Source: Antedon mediterranea | Taxonomy: Eukaryota > Animalia > Echinodermata | DNA: 64,000 nt | Assembly (NCBI RefSeq): GCF_964355755.1 | Contig: NC_092670.1 | Coordinates: forward strand, 14,184,795 to 14,248,794 | Reading direction: 5' to 3' | The notes under the pieces: model-generated | What the model was told of the DNA's origin: nothing | The model's input: only the letters and a program-made list of their open reading frames with translations | The model's database searches: none | Translations under genes and position numbers: made by a program | Shown: piece by piece, positions 48,901 through 62,200 of the stretch | Layout of the letters: each line of letters opens with the position of its first letter | Position numbering within the stretch: the stretch's first letter is position 1

Positions 48901-51900
48901 TGGCTGAGTGGCATATAATGTGTACCCGATTCTCAGTGCACACACGTCAATTTACACAGTGTCATAGAAAAATTACATAATACAGCATCACATGTTATAT
49001 CAGTAATGTATATGTAATTTAATAGATTTAAGGGTTAGGTTATGGTTTGTAACATTGATACTAGGCCATACATGTGATGCTGTATTACAGAGTTTTCCTA
49101 TAATACTCTAGGGAAATCTAGATTCAGTAAACCGATTATCTTGTTTAATGTGACACCACTAAATCTACCGTATAAAATAAATGCTTAGCTAATTTCTTTT
49201 TTCCAGCTTCCCACCACCATATGTGAAGGGTAAGAATTCTATCGACTGGCTGTATACTGCATTTGGTAAAGCCTGGATTGACACAGCCCATTGGCTTCCT
49301 GAAGACACTAGGGCTACAATAAAACAGTAAGGCTCCTACAACTTGCTTTATATTAATTGACATTTATATAACATTCCCTAGACTTTTTCATGCTTATACA
49401 GTAGTGTCATACCTCTTCTGATTACAATGTGTCAACCTCAGTGTAGAGTATACCAACATGTTGATCAAAAACATGCTATTTAATCATTCCTAGCACATTC
49501 GTGTCACAATTCATAGTTTATATATACTGTATCTCACTCGCACTAACAGAAGATGCCTTATGTCAACATCATTGTTGCTTGATGACAAAGAATACACATA
49601 GTGGATCAAATATGTATTCAGCGTGTTGGCTTACTATTAACTAAATTGCAAATATTACAATGTTCCGACATCAATACAGTGACATAACGTAGAGACCAAA
49701 GGCTCCTGGTTTCGTAAACCTAAGTGGCCCTGCAACCATGGAGGCCTCGGGCATTTTCAGCCTTTTTTCAACATATTTTAATGCCTGTTTTTTCCTCGGG
49801 CACTGCTCAGAGGCCCCATAAGCTTAGGGGCCCCTGGGTTTAGCCAGTGAGCGCTCATAGCCGTTACGTCACTGCATCAATTGCCAATGTACTGGGCCAT
49901 CATAGATTATTCAACACATGAAGCCAATGTCTCTAATACTTTTTTTTTAGGGGAGGATATTATGCAACAGAATTTTTCCCAGATCTTCTAATTGTTTCTC
50001 TAAACATGAATATGTGCAACAACCAAAACTGGTTAGTATACTACAATATTCTTTTTGATTTTATTTTGTGCTAAAAAAATATTTTTTATTTTTTTATTTT
50101 ATTTCATCATCACCCTACAGTGACCAAACGTCACCATTAACAGGGTTGAAAGTCGTAAAATATAACATATTATATACAAGCAAAAATCAAAAGATAACAA
50201 GACAACATTTAAATATTACTGACATTAGACAAAACCTTGTGACGGAAACAAGCAAGGGAATCAAAAAAAATATCAACAGATCCATCAATTTTACATAGTG
50301 AGTGGTATAACTTAGGCAAACGATTAACAAAACCATTTTTAGTAATATTTACCCTCCCTCCTGATATAGAAAATAAAGCAGGATTACGCAATTGATATTG
50401 TGGAACAGAAATAGGAAAGTACACTTCAAAATTACCATGGAAAATTGAGTTCACAGCCTTAAAAAGAAAAATTAAATCAAATAACTTACGCCTACCCGCT
50501 AAATTAATAAGAACATCTTTGCTAATAGAACCAAATTTACGCACATAAAATCGACAAAACTTGTTCTGAACACTTTGTTCAACAATACCAACAGTACAAA
50601 CAGTATAATATGTAGTTTTTAACTTCTTTATTAATTGTTTAATTTAAGTGCAGGTGGCATTTAAGATCTTCTTTTCTTGTGTGAATTTTTATGTTTAATT
50701 TAAATTCAAGTGGCTGTTTAGAACTTCCTTTTAATATTTTACTTTACAATTTTAGTTTTGTTAAGAACTTCCTTATGTTTTCCATTAATTTAAATGCAGA
50801 TGGCTTTTAAGAACTTCCTTATGTTTTCCAGTAATTTACTGTTTTTTTAAAACTGAAGTACAAGTAAATACTATATCAAGATCGTGTATGCGTGATCTTT
50901 GTGTTAAAAAGACGCTAATATGTAAGCTACATAGGCCTACTGTACACTCTAAAAATTATTCATGACATGAAACTTTTGCAAATTTCAATCAATCGCTAAA
51001 TTCACCAAAGTTTAATGTCCGCGGAAGTTTCTTTTTCTTTTTTCGTTTTACAGTATATGCAGGTGGTTTTTAAGAACTTCCTTCTTATGTTTTTACCTTA
51101 ATTTAAATACAGGTGGTTGTTAATAAATGAGACTGACCCGGCAGGTGAATTGCAATGGTTGATATCAACACTACAGAAGGCTGAAGATAAGAATCAAAAG
51201 GTACACATTCTAGGACATATAGCTCCAGGTAGCGGGGATTGCTTGAAATGGTGGAGCTGGAACTATTATCAGATTGTCAACAGGTATGTATCATATTATA
51301 ATATCTCTATGATTAGGCCTAGCTTATTTTCTCTGTACATACAAATTTCTTTCTGAAGAATTTCTAGCACACCATTGTTTAGTATCCTTTTCTAAAGCTC
51401 TGTCTACACTATCAATCTTTCTGTGACAAACAAATGTGACGTGCCCATATTTGGACATGATGATGTCATATCACTACCATATTTGGGTACATCACAATTT
51501 TTTGATAGTGTAGACAGAGCTTAAGAACAGTTTCAACAACAGTTCTAAACAATTTCTAGGACACCATTGTTTAGTATCCTTTTCTAAGAACAATTGAATT
51601 GCCTAATGAGGTGATTATGTCACAGTTCAACACTGTGACCTCTGACCTTTTATTATTATTTTTTTTTCCCTTAAGATATGAAAGCACTATTACGGGTCAA
51701 TACTTTGGACACACTCACATCCAGAGTCTGGAGGTGATGTACGATTTAACAAACAAATCACGACCAATCAATGTTGTGCATATGCCAGGCAGTGTCACCA
51801 CGTACAAACATCTTAACCCGGGCTACAGGATATGCGAGATGGACGGACACTACAATGGTTCATCCTATGTATGTAACTTTCCCAAAATTTCTAATTTATA

Positions 51901-53396
51901 CTTCGTAGTATAGAACCATAACAATATGTCGACTTTTTGTTGAGGTTTCTAGTTTTGAGTGTCTGTGCCCATATTTCACTTTGAATTTCACTTATATCAA
52001 GGAATCTTTTGTGTTTCTCTTGGCATATATCTGAATTATGAATATGGCCATTAGTCTGCTTTTCTGACAGGTAAATATATACAATATGTCCAGACGATTT
52101 TTAAAAACTCATGTGGTCTCATGGCAGGGTATCTTCACGTCAAACAGGGTCCGAGTTCAAATCTGAGCAACTCTATATTACAACTGTGTCCACACACATT
52201 ACAAATTGTGGTTTATTTTTCTTTTAGATGATGTTGGACTATAACAACACTATTCTAAACCTCACAGAAGCAAATCTAACAAACAAGCCAGTTTGGCAAT
52301 TTGCATATAATCCAAAGGTATGTCACATGCATTTCATTGTTCATCTAAGTTCAAAGATCGGATAAATGAACATCTGGTCACATGATATTTCTGATGATGC
52401 ATTTCTTTGGCATGGAATCAAAATGTATTAAAGGCCAAAGGCCGGATTTACGACCCAAATACATGACCATTTCGGTAAGATCACATAATCTATTGCAAGG
52501 TTATATTTGCATACAATATAAAGTAAAGTCACATGATCACTAAAACAAAATAACAAAGAAAAAAAAGGCTTTTAGCATGTTTACAATATTGAATATAAGT
52601 TGCATACAAGAAACAATAATACCTCTTGATATTGTCGTCATCAGACAAATTATTGCAAATCAAAGGTTCAATGAAAACAATATCAAGTAGGCTAATTCAT
52701 ATGAATGACATATACATTATAAAGTTCTGTACACTATCAAACTAGTTTGACCAAAAGCGTGTGATGTGCCAAAATATGGTAATGATATAGCATCACTGTG
52801 TCAATATATGCACATGTCGTATTCATGATATAACAGATCCAATTGTAATACGTGTGTATATTGACATAGTGTAGGTCTATATTTGCTATGTTAACAGGAA
52901 ACTTGAATACTATTTCGTATGTAATTTGTTTAACTTTTTTTAGACTGAATATGGAATGAAAAACTTGTTTCCAGAAGACTGGAATGATTTCGTCCAAAGA
53001 ATGAAGACTGACCGTCCTTTATTTGACAGATTTAGAAAGTATGTTTTCATATTATAGGCATGAGTTTAGGATAGTGGGGGTGGGTTGGGGGGTGGGTGTG
53101 AAGTACTACTACTACACCTCACTTGATGAATTGTTTTTCACTTCTTTATTCTATCAATATCAACCTACCCCGAAATCATTTCAACAATTAACAATAGCGA
53201 TATGTCGTCTTAGGTGAGGGAATAATTTATTGGTTTTGTGTTTTGCAGAAATATGTTCAAATCACATGTGACAGGTACATGTGACGAATCCTGCAGAAAA
53301 GGTCAGATATGTTCACTGGAATCAGGTCGTTCAAATGACGATACATTTTGTAAAGATGCAGACGTTGATTTATATAAAGCAGTCACCTTATGTTAA
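45999..53396 (+). CDS. SMPD1: Acid sphingomyelinase (sphingomyelin phosphodiesterase), ~580 aa, 12 coding exons
   Basis: Exons 45999-46280, 47216-47380, 47868-47991, 48133-48236, 48615-48784, 49207-49326, 49951-50031, 51113-51283, 51676-51868, 52228-52317, 52944-53038 and 53249-53396 (1743 nt, in frame). Signal peptide, saposin domain (CFAC...[13 protein letters not shown]), Pro-rich linker, and metallophosphoesterase motifs DLH, TGD, GNHE, GHIAPG and GHTH. Confidence 0.95.
49677..49874. mobile_element. hAT-like MITE
   Basis: Inverted termini CAGTGACATAACG / CGTTACGTCACTG with a near-perfect 8-bp TSD CATCAATA / CATCAATT. Confidence 0.65.
50083..50580 (-). mobile_element. 5'-truncated CR1/L2/Jockey-group LINE 3' fragment
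   Basis: ORF 50209-50544 ([18 protein letters not shown]...VPQYQLRN...[14 protein letters not shown]...VDIFFDS) has the typical LINE ORF2 C-terminal pattern, followed by an A-rich (TAAA-like) tail at 50083-50105. The clade is not resolved. Confidence 0.65.
51396..51521. mobile_element. Family-A MITE with TAA TSD (PIF/Harbinger-like)
   Basis: TTTTC-TAA-[AGCTCTGTCTACACTATCAA...TTGATAGTGTAGACAGAGCT]-TAA-GAACA; the empty paralogous site TTTTC-TAA-GAACA is at 51580-51592. Confidence 0.85.
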
Positions 53397-55101
53397 TACA
53401 TTTACTGTATAAATACATTTTATTAAGAGAGATGATAAAATTGGCCACAAAACTACTGCCATCGTTCTGTTACAGTTACTGCAGTGAATCTTTTACAGTT
53501 ACTGCAGTGAATCTGTTACATTTACTACAGTGAATATGTACAGTTACTGCAGCTACTGAGTAAATCTGCTTCAGTGATTCTGTTTATTCCTGATACTGTA
53601 TATAGTGTAAAAATACTTCAATGGATTACTGCAGTACAATGGATTGCAAAAAAACCAAATTAGTTTGTAACCAACCAGTTATGATCACAATTTTTTTTAA
53701 ATAGCACTATCAGTTTCTTGTCCAATGGACAGGCACCATCTAATTAGTGAATATGATAACCTCTCTGCAACCTGAAGTGTAAAAATACATTTTTCGCACT
53801 AATTTTCCCTCCTAACATAGCCGAATGAGGAATTAAAAGGTGCTCCATCTCAAAAGGGGCATGTTGTTGTCATGCGATCTGGGAGGAGATAGTAACAAAT
53901 TTTGGGTTAGTGCTATTATAATATATAGGGTATATTTTCAATATTATTTTTATTTTCAAATATTTTGCTAACTTCAGGGATAATTTTTAATTCAATTTGA
54001 GGAATTTTTGTTATTTCTCTAACATAGTTAATTTTCATTAGGTAAAATTTATGTGTACATATTTCAATAGGTTTGCTAATTTGAAAAATATTAATAGAAT
54101 ATATAAAATAATTATTAATAAATATGCAAGGACCACAATTTAATTAATTTTCACTTATGTACTGAAAGTACATACAGTATCATGACAATGTTAATTTTCA
54201 CAAAGATAGGTAGTGTCACAAAAGATACCTAAGTTACCAATTTTTACATGATATGAACATTTAATTTACCTGAATAAAGGTATAGTTTAATGTGACATGT
54301 ATGTACATGAAAGGACTTATAATAAATTAATGACATATGCGGTAATGATATGGTATGGCGATCATGTATGTAAAACTATAGGTTTCAATTAACAATGCAC
54401 AGTATGGTCCTTTGCGCGCACAGACCACCCCCTTTTTTGTTTATCAACTCGCATTAGATCATTGATTCTTAGAGAGTTGTTAAAATATGACGAACTGTAT
54501 AGGTAGTTTTTAGCAAAACTGCCAAACGCACAAAAACTGATAACCAATGATAAACATTTTAAGAGTTTTGTATGTTATATTTTAATGAATATTAAGAGTT
54601 TAATTGCCGTCAGTTTTGTGATGTGTATGTATGTGTATATCCTCTTAAAAATTTTATTCATGAAAATATGCAATATTTTATGTTTGAAAATTTATGTTAC
54701 ATTTTGATGTTTTGAATCATCTACCAGAGTTGATTGGTATACTTGTAACACATACTTTATTCAATTTATGTAATATATCTATTATATAGTGTTTATAAAT
54801 AGGTATTCCTAACATATATATGATCATGGAAAATGGAGAAATATAAATTTCACATGATATATGAATATTCAGTGTATTTATCAGCAAAATTCAATGCAGT
54901 TGAAATAAATCTTTATTTGGATTTGAATTTAAATCATTTGTTTTTTTTTAATTGGCATCGGACTGTACCATTTTCGCCTCGATGTAGTGAATTTTCTTAG
55001 ACACACATTAATTCAAGAATTAAGAGTGCAATTTCCAGAGTCTTATGATTGTTGTTTATTTTACATGTAGCAGTACAATTTTATATCAAATAGGTCTAGC
55101 T

Positions 55102-55640
55102 AGATGTATTGTCCCTTTGACTAATCCCAAAAAAATAAAAGATTTCGAAAAAAGGTGGGTCATTTTGAAGTATCATAATAGTTATTAACTATCATCAAAA
55201 ATTTGTCGAAAAAAAAATCATTTAACTAAAATACAGACATTTTTTTGTTTAAAAAATAACTTTGACTTCCAGTCAAAGTTTTCCATCAAAACATATCCCA
55301 TAATGAAACGCGCTTGTTTCGCTACTCTGTATGCATATTTCATAAAACTTCTTTACGATCTGTGTGAAAATACCTTCTCAACTGTGACGAGTTGTAAATA
55401 ATCCTAATTAGCATATGCAATATGCGTACTCGTGGTTTGAAATCTTTGTTTACTTTCGCTTGCGACAATTTTCCAGACGAAATGTTATCAAACTAATTTA
55501 CTTGTTATTTACGTAAACTTGTTGTTTTGGCTCAAATTTTCGACTTAAAGTGAATAACTTTAATATTACTTTGATATGGCCAATTTAAATTTAGAATATT
55601 TTGACCATCATTTTTTTGTGTTTCAAGGGACAATACATCT
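55102..55640. mobile_element. MITE family C
   Basis: Termini AGATGTATTGTCCCTT / AAGGGACAATACATCT, with TTAA on the right side only (Kolobok-like, unproven). Confidence 0.6.
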
Positions 55641-56044
55641 TTAAGTTGTTTTTCTTTTCTGTATGATTTCCTGCATTATTCTGTTCGAAACTAACATCCC
55701 CACCATCATCCAGGAAAAAAAGAAAATAATATTGCACTCCCAAAAAAGATAGGCATCTAGAAAAGTACCATTTTCAAATTCAAACAGGATCCACAAACAA
55801 TATAAGTAAGACTAAACTTAACTATTTCCAACAAATGAACAGAAAACCTGAAACTAAACTTGCAGCCAACGGGGCAGCCAATCAAAGCATTTTACAAAGA
55901 GTCAAAATAACACACATTGTGATTATGCTAATACTAGGCATATTAATTGTTACTATTAGATAGATAGAGATTACATTATATTAGATGTAGTACTTTATTA
56001 TAATTAAATTAAAAATCTGTATGATATCATAACGTGTGCTGTGA

Positions 56045-56129
56045 TGACGTCATTAATTCGTGTCATTGACCTTCATCCCCTGAGAATAGATTTTCGCGCG
56101 AACTTATAATAAACAACATGTGTTTTGAA
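56045..56129 (+). promoter_or_regulatory. Candidate cell-cycle promoter of MSH6 (CRE, E2F site, CHR-like)
   Basis: TGACGTCA at 56045, TTTTCGCGCGAA at 56091 and TTTGAA at 56124, all within 170 nt of the ATG; MSH6 is an established E2F target in mammals. Confidence 0.5.
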
Positions 56130-56214
56130 TTGTGATCCGAGTGCGGTGGTTGTCTTCTTTCATGCTTTTAATATAAATATTTCCACATCTAAATGCTACC
56201 AGGGTATTTTCAAA

Positions 56215-59200
56215 ATGCCTGTAAACACTCTATTCAGCTATTTTAACAAGACACCTAAAGCATCAACGCCAGAAAACAATTCAAAAACTGGCAACTCAAC
56301 ATCGCCGAAAGAGCAAGCTAAGCAAAAGCTTTTCAGCGAAAAGGATGCGTCCTCACCGGGTAGGCTCGCTAGCTAGGCTCAGGCAGGCTTAGAATTGAAC
56401 GGCCTGAATGTTTGTTTCTATATTATCATTATAGGCTAGGCTAGGCTAGGCCTAGATCATATTATAAATAGATTCTATTCGTGGTATATCATGGAGTAAC
56501 TTTACTCCATGGGTATATATTAACTCAGCAGGAGCACAATAAACATAATTAATTAGGCCTAGCCTACCTAGGCTAGGTTAGGCCTAAACTAACTAGGCTA
56601 ATTATAATTATTAATTTATCAAAAAGTAGTTTATTATTTAATTTGAATTTATTAAATTACATTTTATTTAGATAGGATATGCCAGGAATTTGCATCTCCC
56701 TCTGGACAGGCCTAAAATGTACGCCGTGGTTAGGATTCCGGCACCGGAACTCAACGGCCCGGCGTTAGGGAATCCGACACGCTATTGCGCATGCCCAGGG
56801 TGAAGAGTGATCGGCGGCGCTACTCTACAGACTTACAGCGATGGATCATTCATCGTGAAGCTCCTCCATGGCGTAGTAAAATAGCTAGTAGCTACTAGCA
56901 CTAGCCTAGATGCTACTAACTAATACCAGTACCAGCTAGACAGTGGCCTATTTATTTCGTAATTAAAAAAGTGGTTGCTTCATTCATATGAATTATAATT
57001 ACATGCCAGTTTATGATTTTTTCAAGTACAAAATAAAAGATTTCATATACGCATTATACTGTGCATACAATAATCGTACCAAGTTGATTTGTTGACGTGA
57101 AAAAAACAAAACTGTTCTGGGAGTCGGGGTCGCTATTCACTTTCGTACATTTCTTGAAATACGCAAGAATATGCTAAAAACAGTGCAGAGTCCATTCCTT
57201 TCTACCTTGATGTTTGTTTGTTTCTTTTTCCATTCACAAAAACATAAACATATAAATAATCATTACATGTATAGTAGTGTGAATCCCAGATACATATTAT
57301 GTAAGTGTTAAACACTACAGGCAGAGAGAGGATGTGAAATCGACGTGAGAGGCACATCGCTCGTTTTGGCACAGGGCAGGCCTGTGTTTTTCCCGTTCCG
57401 AACTTCATACTTTCAATTCTCTCTCTAATAAAATTACAGCATTCGATTAAGATATAAGATACTGATTCTTATCAATATCATAATAATTATTTTAATGTGC
57501 GGTGTAGTTTTATTTTAATTATTAATTCATGCATGGAGTAAAGAATAATTCTTTACTCCATGATTCATGTATGGCGTAGGCCTAGGTCAAGTTTCATCCA
57601 TCGCTCTCGCGCGACGACTAAATCTAGTTAACACTTCGACTCTCGGTGTGGTGGTGTAGGTGCAAGCTATAATTAATTCGCTCTGGGCATGCGCAATAGC
57701 GTGTCGGATTCCCTAACGCTGGGCAGTTGAGTTCCGGTGTCGGAATCCTAACTACGGCGTAAAATGTAATGTCAAGGAAGATGTCAGGGGTTGAGTGTGT
57801 GCACTCCTGCTCCTATTCCTAATCCACCCCTGTAATTAGTCAGATTTATTTTATTAATCTTTATTTTTCATGTTTTTGGGGGACAATACATTTTTCAACT
57901 TTTTGTACAGGTGTTTGCAAGTTTTCAGAAGGCGATGTTGTCTGGGCAAAGCTTGAAGGATTTCCCTGGTGGCCTAGTCTAGTGTGTAAACACCCCACAG
58001 AAGCAACTTTCTTCAGGGCAAAGAAAATTCATGTTCAGTTCTTTGATGAGACTAAAAGCAGAGCATGGATAAACAGCAAGTTAGTAGTATTATTATTAAA
58101 ACTTTCGGATGTTTTTTCAATGAAGTTGTGCTGAAGTTATGATTACAAAATATAAAAATGTTTACTACATTTTCTTTTGTCTAGGTTTGTTGAAACATTT
58201 GAAGGTTTAAACGAGAAAGGTTTCCAAAGGGGTGGACGCTTTTTCTCTTGTCAGCCAGAAATTCGCAAGGGAGTACAAACAGCTGCTGAAATTGCTGGAA
58301 AGGGAGTTGATGAACGTTTAAAAATTATTGTTTGTTGTCCGTCAGACAATGAAGAAGAAGATGAAGAGGATATGGATGTGGATTCCGGTAATTGAAATTA
58401 AAAAAGTTAAAAAAACGTGTATCCCAAAAATGCAATACGAAAGATAGAACATAGGTTAAGTCCTAATTGTTATACCAGGTCCCCCCCCCCCCCCTATTCA
58501 AAATCTTGCCAATGATAGCATCCTATTATTAAAAAATATCTTATCTTGTCAATGTAGAAGAAATCAATACAAGTAATAAAGAGAATGATTCAGAAGAGAA
58601 TGTAGAGGAAGATGTCAAGGAAGATACAAAGAACAATAAAAGGCCAAAAAGATCCGCAGTTGTCCAGTCAAAAAAGCGACGCAGAATTGTAGTGGAATCT
58701 GGCAGTGAAGAATCTGATGGTAGGTGATTCTCTCAATCACATTCTACCTACCGTTTCCTATTCCTTCCTGAAATGCTAAAAGAATATCCTCACATACATA
58801 CCATTCCGTGTTGTGAGAGCTTCTGCAATGACTCCAATTATTGAAATTCAGAATCATCGCAGAAGCTATTACAGCATAGTGTGGTATGTGAACATGTGAA
58901 GATGTTAGTTAATCTGTATTGGTTCAGTGCCAGTTACCAGAAACTTATGACAGACCTTTGAATTACTGATAATTTGCTAAAATGTTGAGTTTCATTTCAA
59001 AAACAGGAGATGAATTTAAACCAGGGGAAGAAGAAGGATCCGATTCAGATAATGAGAGTAGTGGCGTTGAAGAAGAGGAGGAAGACAGTTCAGTTAATTC
59101 AGATCCTGAAACTCCACAGGTAATTGAATTCACTAAACTAAATATTTCTAATAGGAGACCTATTTGGGACACCCAAATTCATAAAATCACTTACAGTAAT

Positions 59201-62200
59201 TGCATTTAAATACAATTTTTTAACTGTTTTAATTTCAGAAATCTAGAAAACGTAAACGAAGCACAAAACCAAGTGTTTCTTTAGCTCCAGGTAACAGAGC
59301 GGTTAAGAGAAGCATCACAGAGGTCATTGGAACACCAAAGACACCTGCAACACTCGCACCAAAAACACCTACAACACTCACACCAAGGGCAACTTTCACA
59401 CCTTCTGCAGTTAAAAGCTTCCCTTCAGTCAGCCTAGCAACAAAGTCAAAGCTGTCATCATTCAAAGCTGAGGTTTGAATTGTTTTGTTTTTCATTGTAA
59501 ATACTACATTACACAGTATTAACCATTTTATTGTAATGCATGGTTTGCATAGGCTTTGACACTTTTGAGTTCAGATCCTCTCCAGGAATAAGTTTGCCTT
59601 TCTTTCAATTTTCAACCAATTTTCTAAATCTAAAATGTGTTTTTCCTCCATTAATGCATCACCAACTATATCCAGTTTTCCAGTATTCTGTTTCCTATAC
59701 ACTTTTTCCTATTAACTTTAGATTTCGTCCCCATCTGGTCCGCCGACAGAAGATGGAGAAGCCAAATATCCCCATCAAACGTACGATTGGTTGAAAGATG
59801 GGAAGCGAAAGTAAACATTTCTTTTATTTAAAAACTATAGTAAAATTTACTAGAAGGCATGTAAGAAAACTTTAAAGATCCAGGATGTTCATAATGCATT
59901 GTGGGATGCAAGTTAAAGTACTGTTCTCTGTGCAGTAAATTAGTTTAGACAGTACAGGTACTTTCACATCTGTTCTTTTTCATAGAATCGAGGATAACAC
60001 AGTTTAGTTTAATAATTGAATGTTGTCATATATTCTGTGAAACGGGTGTCAATGTACCTTTAAATGTAGACTGGATGAAAGTTAGGCTAGGTGATATGAT
60101 GCACCTTCAGCATGTCGCATTTTAGCCTGAATATTATATCAAATATTTGAAATGAGAAAACAATCCTTTTGACTGTAACTTACAGAGACCTGAAAGGACT
60201 GGTGCATGGCGACCCAGATTATGACCCTTCAACTTTGTACGTTCCCAAGTCATTCCTTGACAAGTGGTGTACACCGGTGAGTAATGTAATGAGGAGCAAT
60301 ATATGTTTTAACACTACTACACTGACCTTTTTTCAGTGGATTAAGGGGACACTTTCATGAAACAAATAAAAAGAAATATATGCTTCAACACTACATCCTA
60401 TCTTTTTTCAGTGAATTAAGGAGACACTTTATTGAGTCCCAAAGATATGGATTCAAATAGGTATTATATTGTATAAAAACTAAATAAGTGACATTTGCCA
60501 ATGTTATTAAAGTGGACACCCATGTAGATTTATATTTTATATTTTATATTTCTTTTTAGGCTATGAGACAATGGTGGGAAATGAAGTCTAAGTATTATGA
60601 TTCAGTAATGTTCTTTAAGGTAGAGTCCTAAAATTGTATTTATTTTTACAAACTGCTTTAGGGACCATGTCAAAATTATTCTACTGCAGTTACTGCAGTA
60701 AATAAATTCTGTTTGCACTTTAAACTCTGTATACAATTGTTTATCAAGTTTCTTTTTGGGTAATCATACACTTTACCTACAATCTCCATGTTGTATGAAC
60801 ATGGGCAGGTCATAGGTTAAGGTCAGACATTTTTCTCTTGATGCACATGGTTCTGTATGTTTGTTAGAACATTTCTGTTGATTTGTTATAATTGTTTTAA
60901 TGGATTTTGTTTTCTTCATAGATGGGGAAGTTTTATGAGTTGTACCACCTAGATGCTGATATTGGAGTTAAAGAATTAGGAATAATATATATGAAGGTAT
61001 TTAAACTTAGACTTGTTTAAATAGCTGTATCTAGGCCTTGCGGAATGGTTGCATTTTGTATTGTACATGCTATGTGTAATACTAATATTTCTATCTTTAT
61101 ATATATAAATCCCAAGGCAAATTACTGAAAAAATGACAATGCTGTGGATATATATATTTCTAACATTATTTGAACAATATGTTTGTTGTAGGGTGGAATT
61201 GCCCATTGCGGTTTTCCAGAGATTGCCTTTGGCCGCTACAGCGAAACATTGGTTCAGAAAGGATACCGTGTACTGCGTGTTGAGCAAACTGAAACGCCAA
61301 ATGATATGCAAGAACGTTGTCGAAAAAGTGAGCTGTTTCATTTCATTTATTCATCTCAAAACAATAAACAAACAATAAAATACACAAATATAATCATAAT
61401 AGATAACAGCAAGAACAACAATAGATAACAGCAAGAACAACAATATTCCAATATTTTTTGCTTTACCTATCTAAGACTGCAAAGCAATATTATTTTTATT
61501 GTTAGAATCTTGTGTTTCCTAATTTGTGATGTTGTATTATTAAATATCAGATCATGATGGTTTATTATTGTAACATTCTTTTTCATAAAAATATTAAAGA
61601 AATATTTTTGTTTTGTTTTAGTGGGTGGTGGCGCAACTAAGTTTGACAAGGTAGTGAAGCGAGAGGCATGCCGGGTTACTACATTGGGTAATTAAATGAT
61701 TCATTTTAATCAAAGTCTCTAATTTGAGAGTTTTACATTTTGAGGTGGGGACACCTGATGCTAAATATGATTAACTCCTGTAAAGTTACACTGTTTAATG
61801 TTAACTGTAAAATGTAAAGATGCCACTCCACTCCTCCAAGCCTCTGCATGAAAGTTCATCATTAATTTAGGTGCTGGACTGCAGCTAAATCAGGCCAACA
61901 GGACCCAGCCCATATCTCCATTTGTAGCGTACTATACCTTGGACAATAAAGATATTATTAAAATGTAACTTTGTCATTTATGATGTATACATTTTATTTT
62001 TAAGACAACAAAACCTTCACTTGATTTCATCTCAATATAAATATCCATTTAGGAACAAGAACATTTAGTTTCATTGACGGTGTCTCGTGTGATGCGAAGA
62101 ACAACTATTTACTATCAATTGCTGAAAGACCATCTAAGGACACAGCATCAGGTGGAACAAATTACGGTGTTTGTTTTATAGACACTTCAATTGGGAAATT

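Noticed and set aside
53460-53640. ACAGTTACTGCAGT short repeats after the SMPD1 stop, also near 47630 and 60685
   Set aside because: Appears to be a common low-copy simple repeat; I could not infer structure or function.
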